64,000 nucleotides of DNA. Origin: Bacteroidales bacterium (GTDB taxonomy: Bacteria > Bacteroidota > Bacteroidia > Bacteroidales > VadinHA17). The notes under the pieces are model-generated. The model searched no databases. It worked only from the letters and a program-made list of their open reading frames with translations, and was not told where the DNA came from. Made by a program: the position numbers and the translations under genes. The stretch spans positions 31,392 to 95,391 of the forward strand of contig DAONXX010000001.1 of assembly GCA_035414025.1 (NCBI GenBank), given 5' to 3'. Each line of letters opens with the position of its first letter. Positions within the stretch are counted from its first letter, which is position 1. Of the stretch, positions 29,012 to 40,082 are shown piece by piece.

Positions 29012-29689
29012 ATGAAAAGAATACCTTGGATCTTCTTTCTGATCAGTTTATCTATTACTGCTTTCGGACAACGTAGTGCTGATTATGGCATTTTTGGCGG
29101 TGTCGCTTCTTACCTGGGAGATATAAATCCCGAAAGATTACTCTATTCACCAGGTCCGGCAGGGGGAGTTTTCTACAGGTATAATCTTCACCCCAGGCAG
29201 GCTTTAAGGGCTAATATTTTCTACGCAGGTGTCAGGGCAGATGATCTTGATTTTGAAAACAGTTACCAGCAAAGCAGGAATGAATCTTTTTCCGGATCAG
29301 TAGGGGAAATCGCTATCCAGTTTGAATTTAATTTTCTGCCATATACAACACAAGGTAAACTATGGGATTTTACACCCTATATTGCTGCAGGTGCAGGTCT
29401 TGCTTATTTTAATTCCAAATACCAGTCTTTTGAGCCTGTTATACCATTTTCAATGGGTTTTAAAGTGAATATTTATAAAAATATGGGTCTGGAGATCGAA
29501 TATGGTTTTCGTAAATCTTTTTATGATAACTTTGACGGTCTTAACGATATGATAGCTCCGGCTGATTATGGATTGATCCATAATAATGACTGGTATTCGC
29601 TGTTAGGTGTTGCATTTACATGGAAGATCTACAGTAAGATGACCGGATGTCCGGCCTATAATGACGTGGATGGTAAGAGAAAACGCTGA
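29012..29689 (+). CDS. DUF6089 family outer-membrane protein
   Basis: Signal peptide, then YGIFGGVASYLGDINPE, the characteristic start of this family as I recall it. It sits upstream of uppS-bamA. Confidence 0.65.
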   Translation: MKRIPWIFFLISLSITAFGQRSADYGIFGGVASYLGDINPERLLYSPGPAGGVFYRYNLHPRQALRANIFYAGVRADDLDFENSYQQSRNESFSGSVGEIAIQFEFNFLPYTTQGKLWDFTPYIAAGAGLAYFNSKYQSFEPVIPFSMGFKVNIYKNMGLEIEYGFRKSFYDNFDGLNDMIAPADYGLIHNNDWYSLLGVAFTWKIYSKMTGCPAYNDVDGKRKR

Positions 29690-29692
29690 ATT

Positions 29693-30439
29693 ATGTCATT
29701 GCGACAGGAAATTGATCAATCAAAGCTTCCGGCCCATGTGGCAATTATAATGGACGGGAACGGACGTTGGGCCCTTGATCATGGTAAAAGCAGAATATTT
29801 GGACATCATCAGGGTGTCGAATCTGTCAGGAAGGTTATTGAGGCTGCCGTAGAGATTAATTTAAAGTTTCTTACTCTTTATGCATTCTCTACGGAGAACT
29901 GGGAACGCCCTGATGATGAGGTAACAGCATTGATGGGAATTATGATGCAGTCGCTGAATGACGAGACTGAAACTCTTTTGAAAAACAATATTAAGCTGAC
30001 AGCCATAGGCGATCTCGACAGACTGGATGCCGAGGTAAGGAACAAGTTGTCCGAAACAATAGAGATGACTTCTGTTTCTACCGGCCTCAGACTTGTTGTA
30101 GCCTTAAGCTACAGCTCCAGGTGGGAAATATTAAGGGCTACCAGAAGAATAGCATCTGAAGTGAAAGAAGGAGTCCTGGATGTTAATTCAATTGATGATG
30201 CTCTGTTTGGGAAATATCTTTGTACTGCAGATTTACCGGATCCGGATCTCGTAATAAGAACAAGCGGAGAAAAAAGGATAAGTAATTTCCTTTTATGGCA
30301 GAGTGCTTATGCAGAATTTTATTTCACTGACATACTTTGGCCTGATTTTGGTAAGGATGATTTTTACAATGCTTTAATAGACTTCCAGAAAAGGGAAAGA
30401 AGGTTTGGAAAAACTAGTGAACAGATATCGGAAAAATGA
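29693..30439 (+). CDS. uppS: isoprenyl transferase (undecaprenyl diphosphate synthase)
   Basis: HVAIIMDGNGRWA and IRTSGEKRISNFLLWQ. Confidence 0.95.
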   Translation: MSLRQEIDQSKLPAHVAIIMDGNGRWALDHGKSRIFGHHQGVESVRKVIEAAVEINLKFLTLYAFSTENWERPDDEVTALMGIMMQSLNDETETLLKNNIKLTAIGDLDRLDAEVRNKLSETIEMTSVSTGLRLVVALSYSSRWEILRATRRIASEVKEGVLDVNSIDDALFGKYLCTADLPDPDLVIRTSGEKRISNFLLWQSAYAEFYFTDILWPDFGKDDFYNALIDFQKRERRFGKTSEQISEK

Positions 30440-30443
30440 CATT

Positions 30444-32957
30444 ATGAAGAGGAGGATAGAATTCAAGAAAGCTATTTTGGGACTTTTTCTGGTTACGATA
30501 GGAATGTCGTTATTTTCGCAGGGGAAAGAAGAAATCTATGACTATTCAAGATCAAACAGTTATATCGTAGGAGGTGTAACAGTTTCAGGTATCAGATTCC
30601 TGGACATGAATGCCATTATCGGATTGTCAGGTATTAAAACAGGCCAGGAAGTATACATACCGGGTGAAGAGATAAAGAATGCAGCACAGAAATTATGGCA
30701 GCAGGGACTGTTCTCAGATGTCAGGATCACTATCGACAGTCTGAAAGCCGACACGGCATTCATTAATATCTTCCTTCAGGAGCGCCCCCGCCTGTCATCA
30801 CTTAGATTTAATGGCCTGAAAAGCTCTGAATCGCAGGATATTACAGAAAAAATAAATTTCCCAATCGGTTCGCAGGTAACCTCCTATATAATTGAGAATA
30901 CAAGGAAGATCATTCTGGATCATTTCATTGAAAAGGGGTTTCTTAATACAACGGTAGAATTTGTTCAGAAAGATGATCCGTCACTGCCTAATAATGTTAT
31001 CATTACAATTGATGTTGATAAAAAAGCGAAAGTCAGGATTGGGGAGATAACATTTGCCGGGAATGAATATTTTGATGAAAAGAAGCTCCGGCGCCAGATG
31101 AAGGATACGAAAAAAAAGAATCTCAACTTTTTTAAGCCTTCGAAATTCATCGATGAAAAGTTCGAGGATGACAAACAAAAGCTCATTACCTTTTATAATG
31201 ATAATGGATTCAGGGATTTTGAGATTGTATCAGATTCAATTTATACAATTTCTGAAGACAGGGTTGGTCTGCAGTTAAGAGTTGATGAAGGCAATCAGTA
31301 TTTCCTTAGGGATGTTGAGTGGGTAGGTAACAGTGTTTACAGGAAAGAAGATCTCGAGAGAGTTTTCAATGTAAAAAAAGGCTCCGTTTACAACCAGTCA
31401 CTTATTCTTGACAGGCTGACGGGTGCAAGCGGCGCTGAGGATGCGGTAAGCAATCTTTACCTGGATTACGGATATCTTTCTTCACAACTGAACCCTGTTG
31501 AAGCCAAAATCGAAAATGACTCCATAGATCTTCAGATAAGGATCTATGAAGGCGATCAGGCATATTTAAATGATATCCTGATAAACGGGAATACAAGAAC
31601 AAATGAACATGTGGCCCGCCGGGAACTCTATACCCTGCCGGGCGATCTTTTCAGCAAGGAAAGAATAATAAGATCGATTCGTCAGCTTGGGGTACTTGGG
31701 CACTTCGATCCTGAAAAGATTAATCCTACCCCCTTATCTGATATGACTACAGGCAATGTGGATCTTCTTTACAAGCTGGAAGAAAAAGCAAATGACCAGT
31801 TTGAGATCTCCGGAGGCTGGGGTGCAGGAATGATGGTTGGGATAATAGGAGTGAGGTTCAATAATTTTGCAATGCGAAATTTCTTTGACTGGAAGGAATG
31901 GAGGCCTTATCCCTCAGGTGATGGTCAGTCTTTGAGTATAAGGGCTCAGTCAAACGGAAGATTTTACCAGTCTTATAATGTCTCATTCAGTGAACCCTGG
32001 CTGGGAGGGAAAAAACCAAATTCTTTCTCCATTTCAATGTACAAATCACTTATGACAAACGGGAGGAAGAAAAGTTCTCCGGATTATCAGTCTATGATAA
32101 TAAGCGGAGCATCAGTTGGCTTGGGGAAGAGGCTTCAATGGCCGGATGATTATTTTTCAATATACGGTGAAGTCAATTACCAGCGCTATAATCTTAATAA
32201 ATACAGTTACTACCAGTTCCTTTTTGAATCAGGTGAGTCAAATCTGTTCAGTGTTACCGGAAGGCTTTCCAGATATTCGGTTGGACCGAATCTTATATAC
32301 CCGAGAAGCGGATCGTCATTTACATTATCACTTCAGCTAACTCCTCCTTATTCTACAATAAGCGGACAAAATATGGCTGGTAAATCCGATGAAATAAAAT
32401 ATAAATGGATCGAATTCCATAAATGGGTGTTTAAATCGGAAAGTTATTTCCCGATGTCAAGGGATGACAAACTTATATTAAGTGCCCGTTTTGCCTTTGG
32501 CTATCTGGGGCATTATAATAAGGATATAGGGCATTCGCCATTTGAGAATTTTTATATCGGCGGTGATGGCATGACGGGATATAGCTTTTATGGCAGGGAA
32601 ATTATAGCAATGAGAGGATACACAAACGGATCGCTTACCCCTGTCGACATAAAATCGGGAGCTCCGTCTGGAAATGTTTACTCCAAGCTTACATTTGAAC
32701 TTAGATACCCTGTGTCGCTCAATAACCAGGCTACAATTTATGGTCTTGCCTTTCTTGAAGCCGGAAGGGCCTGGATGGAACTGAGAGATTATAATCCCTT
32801 CAGGATGAACAGGGCTGCAGGTATAGGACTGAGAGCCAATCTTCCCATGTTTGGACTTCTCGGAGTTGACTGGGGCTACGGCTTTGATGAAGTGCCAACA
32901 GGTGCAAAAGACGCAAATAAATCACAATTTCATTTTGTTATAGGTCAGCAGTTTTAA
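30444..32957 (+). CDS. bamA: outer membrane protein assembly factor BamA
   Basis: About 837 aa. POTRA repeats and an Omp85 barrel ending FHFVIGQQF. The ATG at 30444 (MKRRIEFKK...) follows the uppS stop. Confidence 0.9.
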   Translation: MKRRIEFKKAILGLFLVTIGMSLFSQGKEEIYDYSRSNSYIVGGVTVSGIRFLDMNAIIGLSGIKTGQEVYIPGEEIKNAAQKLWQQGLFSDVRITIDSLKADTAFINIFLQERPRLSSLRFNGLKSSESQDITEKINFPIGSQVTSYIIENTRKIILDHFIEKGFLNTTVEFVQKDDPSLPNNVIITIDVDKKAKVRIGEITFAGNEYFDEKKLRRQMKDTKKKNLNFFKPSKFIDEKFEDDKQKLITFYNDNGFRDFEIVSDSIYTISEDRVGLQLRVDEGNQYFLRDVEWVGNSVYRKEDLERVFNVKKGSVYNQSLILDRLTGASGAEDAVSNLYLDYGYLSSQLNPVEAKIENDSIDLQIRIYEGDQAYLNDILINGNTRTNEHVARRELYTLPGDLFSKERIIRSIRQLGVLGHFDPEKINPTPLSDMTTGNVDLLYKLEEKANDQFEISGGWGAGMMVGIIGVRFNNFAMRNFFDWKEWRPYPSGDGQSLSIRAQSNGRFYQSYNVSFSEPWLGGKKPNSFSISMYKSLMTNGRKKSSPDYQSMIISGASVGLGKRLQWPDDYFSIYGEVNYQRYNLNKYSYYQFLFESGESNLFSVTGRLSRYSVGPNLIYPRSGSSFTLSLQLTPPYSTISGQNMAGKSDEIKYKWIEFHKWVFKSESYFPMSRDDKLILSARFAFGYLGHYNKDIGHSPFENFYIGGDGMTGYSFYGREIIAMRGYTNGSLTPVDIKSGAPSGNVYSKLTFELRYPVSLNNQATIYGLAFLEAGRAWMELRDYNPFRMNRAAGIGLRANLPMFGLLGVDWGYGFDEVPTGAKDANKSQFHFVIGQQF

Positions 32958-32974
32958 AAGTTAAGATTTGAATC

Positions 32975-33490
32975 ATGAAAAAATCAATAATTATTATAGG
33001 ATTATTCGTTTTGTCCACAGCTATAGCTGTCGGGCAGAAGTATGGGTTTGTTGATTCGGAATATATAAGGAAAAATATACCGGCTTTTTCAACAGCACAG
33101 GAACAGCTTGATAAGCTTTCGCAGCAATGGGAAAAGGAAGTTGCTGACGGATATTCTGTTGTTGAGCAGATGTACAAGTCCTACCAGAATGAGGTTCCGC
33201 TGCTCTCACAGGAGATGAAGACTAAACGTGAAGAAGCAATCATAAATAAGGAAAAGGAAATAAAAGAGCTTCAGAATAAGTATTTCGGGATGGAAGGCGA
33301 ACTCTTTAAAAAGAGAGAAGAACTTGTAAAACCGATTCAGGATGAAATACTGAAAGCTATCAGGGATATTGCAGTTGAAGGAAGTTATACAGTTATTTTC
33401 GACTCAGCGGCAGGAGGAAATATTCTTTTCGCAAATCCCAAATTTGATATTAGTGATCAGGTACTTGAAAAATTAGGTTATAATAATTAA
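32975..33490 (+). CDS. OmpH/Skp family periplasmic chaperone
   Basis: 171 aa with a signal peptide. The coiled-coil core begins KYGFVDSEYI. Position after bamA. Confidence 0.85.
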   Translation: MKKSIIIIGLFVLSTAIAVGQKYGFVDSEYIRKNIPAFSTAQEQLDKLSQQWEKEVADGYSVVEQMYKSYQNEVPLLSQEMKTKREEAIINKEKEIKELQNKYFGMEGELFKKREELVKPIQDEILKAIRDIAVEGSYTVIFDSAAGGNILFANPKFDISDQVLEKLGYNN

Positions 33491-33522
33491 ATAACTACTT
33501 TTGTAAAAATTATAAAGATATT

Positions 33523-34038
33523 ATGATGAAAAGGATAATAGGTTTAGCAGCAATTATAATATTAACAGCTTTTACAGTTAACGCTCAGTCTTTTAAGTTC
33601 GGTCACATAGACAGTGATGAACTTATTCAGGCTTTACCTGAATTTGATTCAGCTAATATACAGCTTGAGAATCTTCAGAAAGAACTTATTAACACTCTTG
33701 AGCTTATGTCGGTTGAATTGAATAACAAAAGCGAATCTTATAATAAGGAAAGCAAGAATCTTACAGATATAGTAAGACAGACGAAGGAACAGGAACTTAT
33801 CGACCTTAACAGAAGGATCCAGGAGTTCCAGACCAATGCACAGGCACAGCTTCAGAACAGGCAGATCGAACTTTTGCAACCGATCTATGCCAAGGTAGAT
33901 AAAGCCCTTAAGGATCTCGGTAAAGAGAATGGCTTCATCTATATTTTTGACATTTCAAAAGGAAGTCTTGTGTTTTTTGATGAGACAAAAAGCACAGATG
34001 TCCTGTCTCTTGCCAAAGCCAAACTTGGATTGAAATAA
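33523..34038 (+). CDS. OmpH/Skp family periplasmic chaperone (second copy)
   Basis: 171 aa with a signal peptide, FKFGHIDSDELI and a Q/E-rich coiled coil. Confidence 0.85.
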   Translation: MMKRIIGLAAIIILTAFTVNAQSFKFGHIDSDELIQALPEFDSANIQLENLQKELINTLELMSVELNNKSESYNKESKNLTDIVRQTKEQELIDLNRRIQEFQTNAQAQLQNRQIELLQPIYAKVDKALKDLGKENGFIYIFDISKGSLVFFDETKSTDVLSLAKAKLGLK

Positions 34039-34056
34039 CTTTTATACCCGATATTT

Positions 34057-34092
34057 ATGACCATCAGCCAACAGGTTGATGGTCATTTTTTA
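34057..34092 (+). terminator. rho-independent terminator
   Basis: ATGACCATCA...TGATGGTCAT forms a 10-bp perfect stem, extendable with one mismatch. It is followed by TTTTTT and lies 19 nt after the skp stop. Confidence 0.75.
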
Positions 34093-34105
34093 ATTTATTC
34101 TTTAA

Positions 34106-34906
34106 GTGAAAAACCGGCCAATAGGTATTTTTGATTCCGGTGTCGGAGGACTTACAGTAGCTCATGCGGTCAAGCAATTACTCCCAGGAGAGAGCATTGT
34201 ATATTTCGGAGATACCGCTCACCTTCCTTACGGGGATAAATCAGCAGAGTCAATAAAGTCGTATTCACGCCGTATAACGGAATTCCTGCTCGAAAAGAAT
34301 TCAAAAGTTGTTCTTGTGGCTTGTAATTCGGCTTCTTCTTCAGCTTACGACACACTTAAGGAAGAATTTGGAAAGAGGGTGATACTTATCGATGTAATTG
34401 ATCCTGTTGTAGATTATCTTGGATCAAGGAATTTCAATAAGATAGGTGTGATTGGAACAAAAAGAACAATTAGTTCCGGCACCTATGAGACTAAAATAAC
34501 TGAAAAGGCTCCCGGCACCTCGGTTATTTCGATGGCAACTCCTTTGCTTGTACCGATGATTGAAGAAGGTTTTATTTTTGATGATATAAGCAATGCGATC
34601 CTCAGGGCTTACCTGGCCGGTAATTCATTTGCCGGCATACAGGCCCTTATCCTCGGATGTACACATTATCCGATAATAAAGAACCAGATCAGCAGGATCT
34701 TTGATTTCGAGATTGAAGTAGTTGACTCTGCAAGGCTTGTTTCACAGATACTTAAAAACACGCTTTGGGAAAAAGACCTTCTTAACGACACGGGGATTGT
34801 GAACGATCAGTTTTTTGTGTCTTATTATACTCCCTATTTCGAGAAAATTGCAAGGATGTTCTTCGAGAAGGAGATAAACCTGCAAAAAGCAGATATCTGG
34901 ATTTAG
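34106..34906 (+). CDS. murI: glutamate racemase
   Basis: IGIFDSGVGGLTV, ACNSAS and GCTHYP motifs. GTG start. Confidence 0.95.
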   Translation: MKNRPIGIFDSGVGGLTVAHAVKQLLPGESIVYFGDTAHLPYGDKSAESIKSYSRRITEFLLEKNSKVVLVACNSASSSAYDTLKEEFGKRVILIDVIDPVVDYLGSRNFNKIGVIGTKRTISSGTYETKITEKAPGTSVISMATPLLVPMIEEGFIFDDISNAILRAYLAGNSFAGIQALILGCTHYPIIKNQISRIFDFEIEVVDSARLVSQILKNTLWEKDLLNDTGIVNDQFFVSYYTPYFEKIARMFFEKEINLQKADIWI

Positions 34907-34998
34907 GATCAGACTTCCTTTCGCTTATCCTGAATCTTGTTTCATATTGATCTGAAATATGATCAGAATCATAATGTGTTCTTTAGAACTTATAAAGC

Positions 34999-35006
34999 TA
35001 ATTTTG
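34999..35006 (+). promoter_or_regulatory. candidate -7 promoter element TAATTTTG for korAB
   Basis: Exact TAnnTTTG match 55 nt upstream of the ATG at 35061. Confidence 0.4.
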
Positions 35007-35060
35007 ATTAACTTACGCAGCTTATTAAGTGGGATTATTATTCGCAGTTAATATAAATTA

Positions 35061-36902
35061 ATGGCCAGGAACTCAAATGTTATCAAAAGGGATGAAGTTG
35101 TGATCCGTTTTTCAGGGGACTCAGGAGACGGGATGCAGCTTGCCGGTACTCTGTTCTCTGATACTGCGGCGCTTTTTGGTAATGATCTGTCAACCTTCCC
35201 TGATTTTCCGGCGGAGATACGTGCACCTCAGGGTACCGTTGGTGGTGTCTCAGGTTTCCAGATCCATCTTGGGTGTTCAAAAATAAAAACACCCGGCGAT
35301 TATGCTGATGTGCTTGTTGCAATGAATCCCGCTGCAATAAAAGCAAATGCAAAGTGGGTCAGGCCAGATGCCATAATAATTTTCGATAAAGATAATTTTA
35401 CGGATAAGAATCTTGAGAGAGCCGGATATGTTGCGGATCCTGTTGCTGAGGAAAGGCTTGAGACTTGTAATGTAGTAGCAGCTCCGATTTCTTCCATGGT
35501 AAAGGAAGCTCTTAAGGATTTTGGTCTTGATGCAAAATTGGTACTGAGAACAAAGAACATGTTTGCCCTGGGAATGCTTTACCGGCTTTTTGACAGGAAG
35601 CTGAAGTATACCGAACAGTATTTTGATACTAAGTTTATCAGTAAACCGAAGATAGCTGAGGCAAACAAGATTGCCCTGAGAAAGGGATATCATTATGCCG
35701 GAACTATAGAAGTTCTGAATGCGGTTATTAAGATTGAACCGGCTCAGATCGCTCCCGGCCGTTACAGGAATATATGTGGTAATATTGCAACAGCCTGGGG
35801 TTTTCTTGCTGCTGCTGAAAAAGCAGGGTTGAAATTTTTTATAGGATCTTACCCCATTACACCGGCTAGCGGGATACTGGAAGAGTTGGCAGCCCGCAAG
35901 GACCTTGGAGTAAAAAGCTTTCAGGCTGAAGATGAGATTGCAAGTATCTGTGCTGCACTGGGAGCAAGTTTTGCCGGATATCTGGCTGCGACATCAACAT
36001 CAGGTCCGGGTCTGGCTCTTATGTCAGAGGCTATTGGCCTTGCCGTTATGGCAGAGCTTCCTGTTGTAATTGTGGATGTCCAGCGGGGCGGTCCCTCGAC
36101 AGGCTTACCAACAAAAACTGAACAATCAGATCTGTTACAGGCCCTTTACGGCAGAAACGGTGAAAGCCCCGTCGTTGTTATTGCGGCAAGTGCACCTGCC
36201 AACTGTTTCAACTATGCTTTTACAGCTGCAAAGATCGCTGTTGAACACATGACTCCGGTTATATTGCTGACTGACGCATATCTTGCCAATGGTTCAGAGC
36301 CCTGGAAAATACCGGCAATAAAAGATCTTCCGGAAATAAAACCACCTTATGCCGATAAAAATGATCTCCCTTTCATGCCATACAAGCGCGATTGTGAGAA
36401 ACTGGTACGTTCATGGGCTGTCCCGGGAACGCCCGGACTTGAACACAGAATAGGAGGTTTAGAGAAAACTATAAAGGGAACAGTATCCTATATCCCTGAA
36501 AACCATGAGCAAATGGTAAAGACAAGAGCCGATAAGGTTGCCAGAGTAGCAGATGATATACCCGATCTGCTTGTTTTTGGCGAGAAACAGGGAGATCTTC
36601 TTCTTACAGGATGGGGAGGAACAGAAGGATATCTGATGACTGCGGCAAGTGAATTACAGGCTGAAGGATATAATGTCAGTCAGGCATGTTTCAATTTTAT
36701 TAATCCATTGCCAAAGAATGTAAGGGAGGTTTTCAGTAAATTCAAAAAAATTGCCGTTGCGGAATTAAACCTCGGACAGTTCGCTGATTATTTACGGATT
36801 AAATTCCCTGAATTCTCATATTATAAGATAAACAAGGTGCAGGGAATGCCTTTTACAATAAAAGAGATAAAGGATAATTGCATTAAAATCCTGAAGGGAT
36901 AA
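35061..36902 (+). CDS. korA: 2-oxoacid:acceptor (2-oxoglutarate:ferredoxin) oxidoreductase subunit alpha
   Basis: 613 aa. Fused gamma/alpha-type architecture with FSGDSGDGMQLAG at the N-terminus and YPITPAS. Paired with a TPP-binding beta subunit. Confidence 0.9.
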   Translation: MARNSNVIKRDEVVIRFSGDSGDGMQLAGTLFSDTAALFGNDLSTFPDFPAEIRAPQGTVGGVSGFQIHLGCSKIKTPGDYADVLVAMNPAAIKANAKWVRPDAIIIFDKDNFTDKNLERAGYVADPVAEERLETCNVVAAPISSMVKEALKDFGLDAKLVLRTKNMFALGMLYRLFDRKLKYTEQYFDTKFISKPKIAEANKIALRKGYHYAGTIEVLNAVIKIEPAQIAPGRYRNICGNIATAWGFLAAAEKAGLKFFIGSYPITPASGILEELAARKDLGVKSFQAEDEIASICAALGASFAGYLAATSTSGPGLALMSEAIGLAVMAELPVVIVDVQRGGPSTGLPTKTEQSDLLQALYGRNGESPVVVIAASAPANCFNYAFTAAKIAVEHMTPVILLTDAYLANGSEPWKIPAIKDLPEIKPPYADKNDLPFMPYKRDCEKLVRSWAVPGTPGLEHRIGGLEKTIKGTVSYIPENHEQMVKTRADKVARVADDIPDLLVFGEKQGDLLLTGWGGTEGYLMTAASELQAEGYNVSQACFNFINPLPKNVREVFSKFKKIAVAELNLGQFADYLRIKFPEFSYYKINKVQGMPFTIKEIKDNCIKILKG

Positions 36903-36906
36903 TATT

Positions 36907-37929
36907 ATGGCAGAGAACCTTCATTTAAATTATACACCGAAAGATTTTAAAAGCGACCAGGAAGTGAGATGGTGCCCGGGATGTGGTAATCATGCCGTTC
37001 TGAATGCCATCCAGAAAGCTCTTTCGGAGCTCGGGATTCCTAAGGAGAGATTTGCTTTTATTTCAGGAATAGGCTGTTCTTCAAGGCTTCCCTATTATAT
37101 GAATACCTATGGATTTCACAGCATTCACGGAAGAGCTGCCGCCATTGCAACTGGAGTTAAAACTGCAAATCCGCAGCTATCAGTGTGGAACATTACCGGT
37201 GATGGCGATGCCCTGGCAATAGGAGGAAATCATTTCATTCATGCCGTAAGAAGGAATATAGACATCAATATCATACTTTTCAATAACGCTATCTATGGTC
37301 TTACAAAAGGCCAGTATTCACCGACATCTGAAAAAGGATTTGTTACAAGGACTTCACCTTTCGGAACTATTGAAGAGCCATGCCTGGTGGGAGAAATAGT
37401 AATTGGAGCCAAAGGAAAATTTTTTGCAAGGACCTTTGATGCCAACGTGGAATTGTCAACCCGTATCTTCACGGAAGCCGCAAAACACAAAGGGGCATCT
37501 GTTGTGGAAGTACTTCAGAACTGTGTGATCTACAATAATGGTGTTTACGATGAAATTACAAACAAGGAAGTGCGTGATGACAGGACTATCATTCTGAAAC
37601 ATGGTGAGCCAATGATATTCGGGAAGAATAATGATAAGGGTCTGATGCTTGAAGGTATGAAACTGAAAATTGTTCGCCTTGGTGAGAATAATATTACCGA
37701 GAAAGATCTACTTGTTCATGATTCCGGCGAACCGGATCCGGGCATACATTACATGCTTGCTAACATGAGATACCCTGATTACCCGCTTGCACTTGGAGTG
37801 ATCAGGTCTGTGGAAGGAAATACTTATGAGACTGATATGGAGGAACAGATTAGCAAGGTAAGGAAGACTGCAAAGATCAAATGTGTGGATGATCTGCTTA
37901 CAAGCGGCCTGACATGGATAGTTGATTAG
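36907..37929 (+). CDS. korB: 2-oxoacid:ferredoxin oxidoreductase subunit beta
   Basis: WCPGCGNHAV and the TPP motif ITGDGDALAIGGNH. 340 aa. Confidence 0.9.
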   Translation: MAENLHLNYTPKDFKSDQEVRWCPGCGNHAVLNAIQKALSELGIPKERFAFISGIGCSSRLPYYMNTYGFHSIHGRAAAIATGVKTANPQLSVWNITGDGDALAIGGNHFIHAVRRNIDINIILFNNAIYGLTKGQYSPTSEKGFVTRTSPFGTIEEPCLVGEIVIGAKGKFFARTFDANVELSTRIFTEAAKHKGASVVEVLQNCVIYNNGVYDEITNKEVRDDRTIILKHGEPMIFGKNNDKGLMLEGMKLKIVRLGENNITEKDLLVHDSGEPDPGIHYMLANMRYPDYPLALGVIRSVEGNTYETDMEEQISKVRKTAKIKCVDDLLTSGLTWIVD

Positions 37930-37978
37930 TCTTCCGGCCGATAACTTTCTTTTTGTACAACATGGAAGATAACAGGCA

Positions 37979-38003
37979 GACAGGAAGAAGTACCCTTCCT
38001 GTC
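37979..38003. terminator. hairpin between the convergent korB and fabD genes
   Basis: GACAGGAAG-AAGTACC-CTTCCTGTC forms a 9-bp perfect stem. TTATAAT follows on the plus strand. It abuts the fabD stop codon. Confidence 0.5.
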
Positions 38004-38885
38004 TTATAATGCAATCCCTCTTGTAACGACATTATTGTTTATTTTTTGTATCAAGCCCTGAAGAACTGAGCCGGGACCGACCTCAGTGAATGAATCAGCT
38101 CCGTCGGCAATCATGTTCCGCACAGTTTGTGTCCATAGTACAGGCGCAGTAAGCTGTGCGACAAGATTCGATTGAATTATTTCCGGATTGCTTGATGGTT
38201 TTGCTGTTACGTTTTGATAAACGGGGCATATCGGATCGCTGAATCTTGTAGATTTTATTGCGTCTTCCAGCTCTGCCCTTGCAAGCTCCATCAGCGGAGA
38301 ATGGAAGGCGCCTCCGACAGCCAGTTTAATAGTTCTTTTTACATTTCTGGATTTCAAGGCTTCAATGGCTTTATCAATACCTTCATTTGTACCTGAGATG
38401 ACTATTTGTCCGGGGCTGTTGTAATTAGCCGGGACGACAAGATCATCTATCCGGGCACAGACATCCTCAACAGTCTTGTCATCGGCACCAATTACAGCAG
38501 CCATTGTGGAAGGGTTTTTTTCGCATGCTTTCTGCATTGCAGCAGCCCTCCTGGAGACAAGAACAAGGGCGTCTTCAAACTCAAGGGTCCTGTTTGCAAC
38601 AAGAGCCGCGAATTCACCAAGTGAATGGCCTGCAACCATGTCTGGTTTAAATTCAGGTCCGTTAACTGCAGCAAGTATTGTGGAATGAAGGAAGATTGCA
38701 GGCTGTGTTACCTTTGTCTGCTTCAGATCTTCATCTGTTCCCGAAAACATGATCTCAGTAATGCTGAATCCGAGTATTGAATCAGCTCTGTCGAAAAGTT
38801 CCCTGGCAACAGCAGACTTCTCATACATATCTTTTCCCATACCCGGGAACTGGGCTCCCTGGCCCGGAAAAACGTAAGCTTTCAT
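38004..38885 (-). CDS. fabD: ACP S-malonyltransferase
   Basis: FPGQGAQ and GHSLGE motifs. 293 aa. Confidence 0.95.
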   Translation of the reverse strand: MKAYVFPGQGAQFPGMGKDMYEKSAVARELFDRADSILGFSITEIMFSGTDEDLKQTKVTQPAIFLHSTILAAVNGPEFKPDMVAGHSLGEFAALVANRTLEFEDALVLVSRRAAAMQKACEKNPSTMAAVIGADDKTVEDVCARIDDLVVPANYNSPGQIVISGTNEGIDKAIEALKSRNVKRTIKLAVGGAFHSPLMELARAELEDAIKSTRFSDPICPVYQNVTAKPSSNPEIIQSNLVAQLTAPVLWTQTVRNMIADGADSFTEVGPGSVLQGLIQKINNNVVTRGIAL

Positions 38886-38886
38886 G

Positions 38887-39534
38887 TCAGTGTAATTTTG
38901 AACAGATAAGGTGAATGAATTCTTCCCGTGTATTAAGGTTACTCAGGAAGATACCGGTAAAAGCAGATGTTGTTGTTACGGAGTTTTGTTTTTGTACTCC
39001 TCTTATCTGCATGCACATGTGCTGGGCTTCAATCACTACAGCAACACCAAGAGGATTAAGGCATTCCTGGATGCAATTCCTTATCTGCGTTGTAAGCCTC
39101 TCCTGAACCTGCAGCCTGCGGCTGAAAGCTTCAACAACACGTGCTATCTTGCTTAGTCCTGTTATATAACCGTCAGGAATATATGCAACGTGAGCCTTTC
39201 CAAAGAAGGGGAGCATATGATGCTCACACATTGAATAAATGTCAATATCCTTAACAATAACCATTTGCCGGTATTCCTCCCTGAATTTGGCTGAATTGAT
39301 TATTTCACAGGGATTCATTGAATAACCCATTGTGAGGAAATACATTGCCTTGGCTACCCTTTCGGGGGTTTTGATGAGACCTTCCCTCTCGGGGTCTTCT
39401 CCAATCAGTTTCAGAACTTTATAGTAGACCTTCGATAACTCTTTTATATTGTTATCATCCCACTTTTCTATCCTGCTGTATCCATTTAAGTTGTTTTCGG
39501 AGATATTTGATTCGTCTATCTTTTTATTAGCCAT
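38887..39534 (-). CDS. folE: GTP cyclohydrolase I
   Basis: CEHHMLPF motif and 215 aa. Confidence 0.95.
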   Translation of the reverse strand: MANKKIDESNISENNLNGYSRIEKWDDNNIKELSKVYYKVLKLIGEDPEREGLIKTPERVAKAMYFLTMGYSMNPCEIINSAKFREEYRQMVIVKDIDIYSMCEHHMLPFFGKAHVAYIPDGYITGLSKIARVVEAFSRRLQVQERLTTQIRNCIQECLNPLGVAVVIEAQHMCMQIRGVQKQNSVTTTSAFTGIFLSNLNTREEFIHLICSKLH

Positions 39535-39937
39535 AATATTCTACATAGTTGTTTTCGGTTTCACTTATTTTTACACAATGTAGCTGAGCGCCTGCTTTCA
39601 TTACAGGTTCTTCCAGCTCTTTCCAGATAGCAATTGCAAGATTTTCGGTTGAGGCTATCTTACCCTTCATGAAATCTACCTCAAGATTTATGTTCTTATG
39701 ATCGATCTTGCTTATGACCTTTTCAATAATAATCTCCTTAAGAGTGCTTATATTCATTGTAAATCCCCGGTCTTCAGTTATTTCACCCTTTATTGTCACA
39801 TAAAGATCGTAATTGTGTCCATGCCAGTTGGGATTCGAGCATTTGCCGAATACTTCTCGATTCTGTTCATCCGGCCAGTCCTTTCTGAACATCCTGTGAG
39901 CGGCACTGAACCTTTCTCTGCGTGTCAGGTAAATCAT
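39527..39937 (-). CDS. queD: 6-carboxytetrahydropterin synthase / 6-pyruvoyl-tetrahydropterin synthase family
   Basis: FSAAHR and [11 protein letters not shown] (Cx3HGH) motifs. The ATG at 39937 is preferred. The gene overlaps folE by 8 nt. Confidence 0.85.
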   Translation of the reverse strand: MIYLTRRERFSAAHRMFRKDWPDEQNREVFGKCSNPNWHGHNYDLYVTIKGEITEDRGFTMNISTLKEIIIEKVISKIDHKNINLEVDFMKGKIASTENLAIAIWKELEEPVMKAGAQLHCVKISETENNYVEYYG

Positions 39938-40082
39938 AACGAACTGCAATTTGCATTTAGAGTGCAATATTAACCAATAAAATTAAGGTAATAAGCGGTT
40001 TGTGTAATATATTTACGGGGCGAAAAAGCCTTAAGGGGATGTGAACCAAAGCATAAGGTGTTTTTGCGAGTGATTAAGAAAG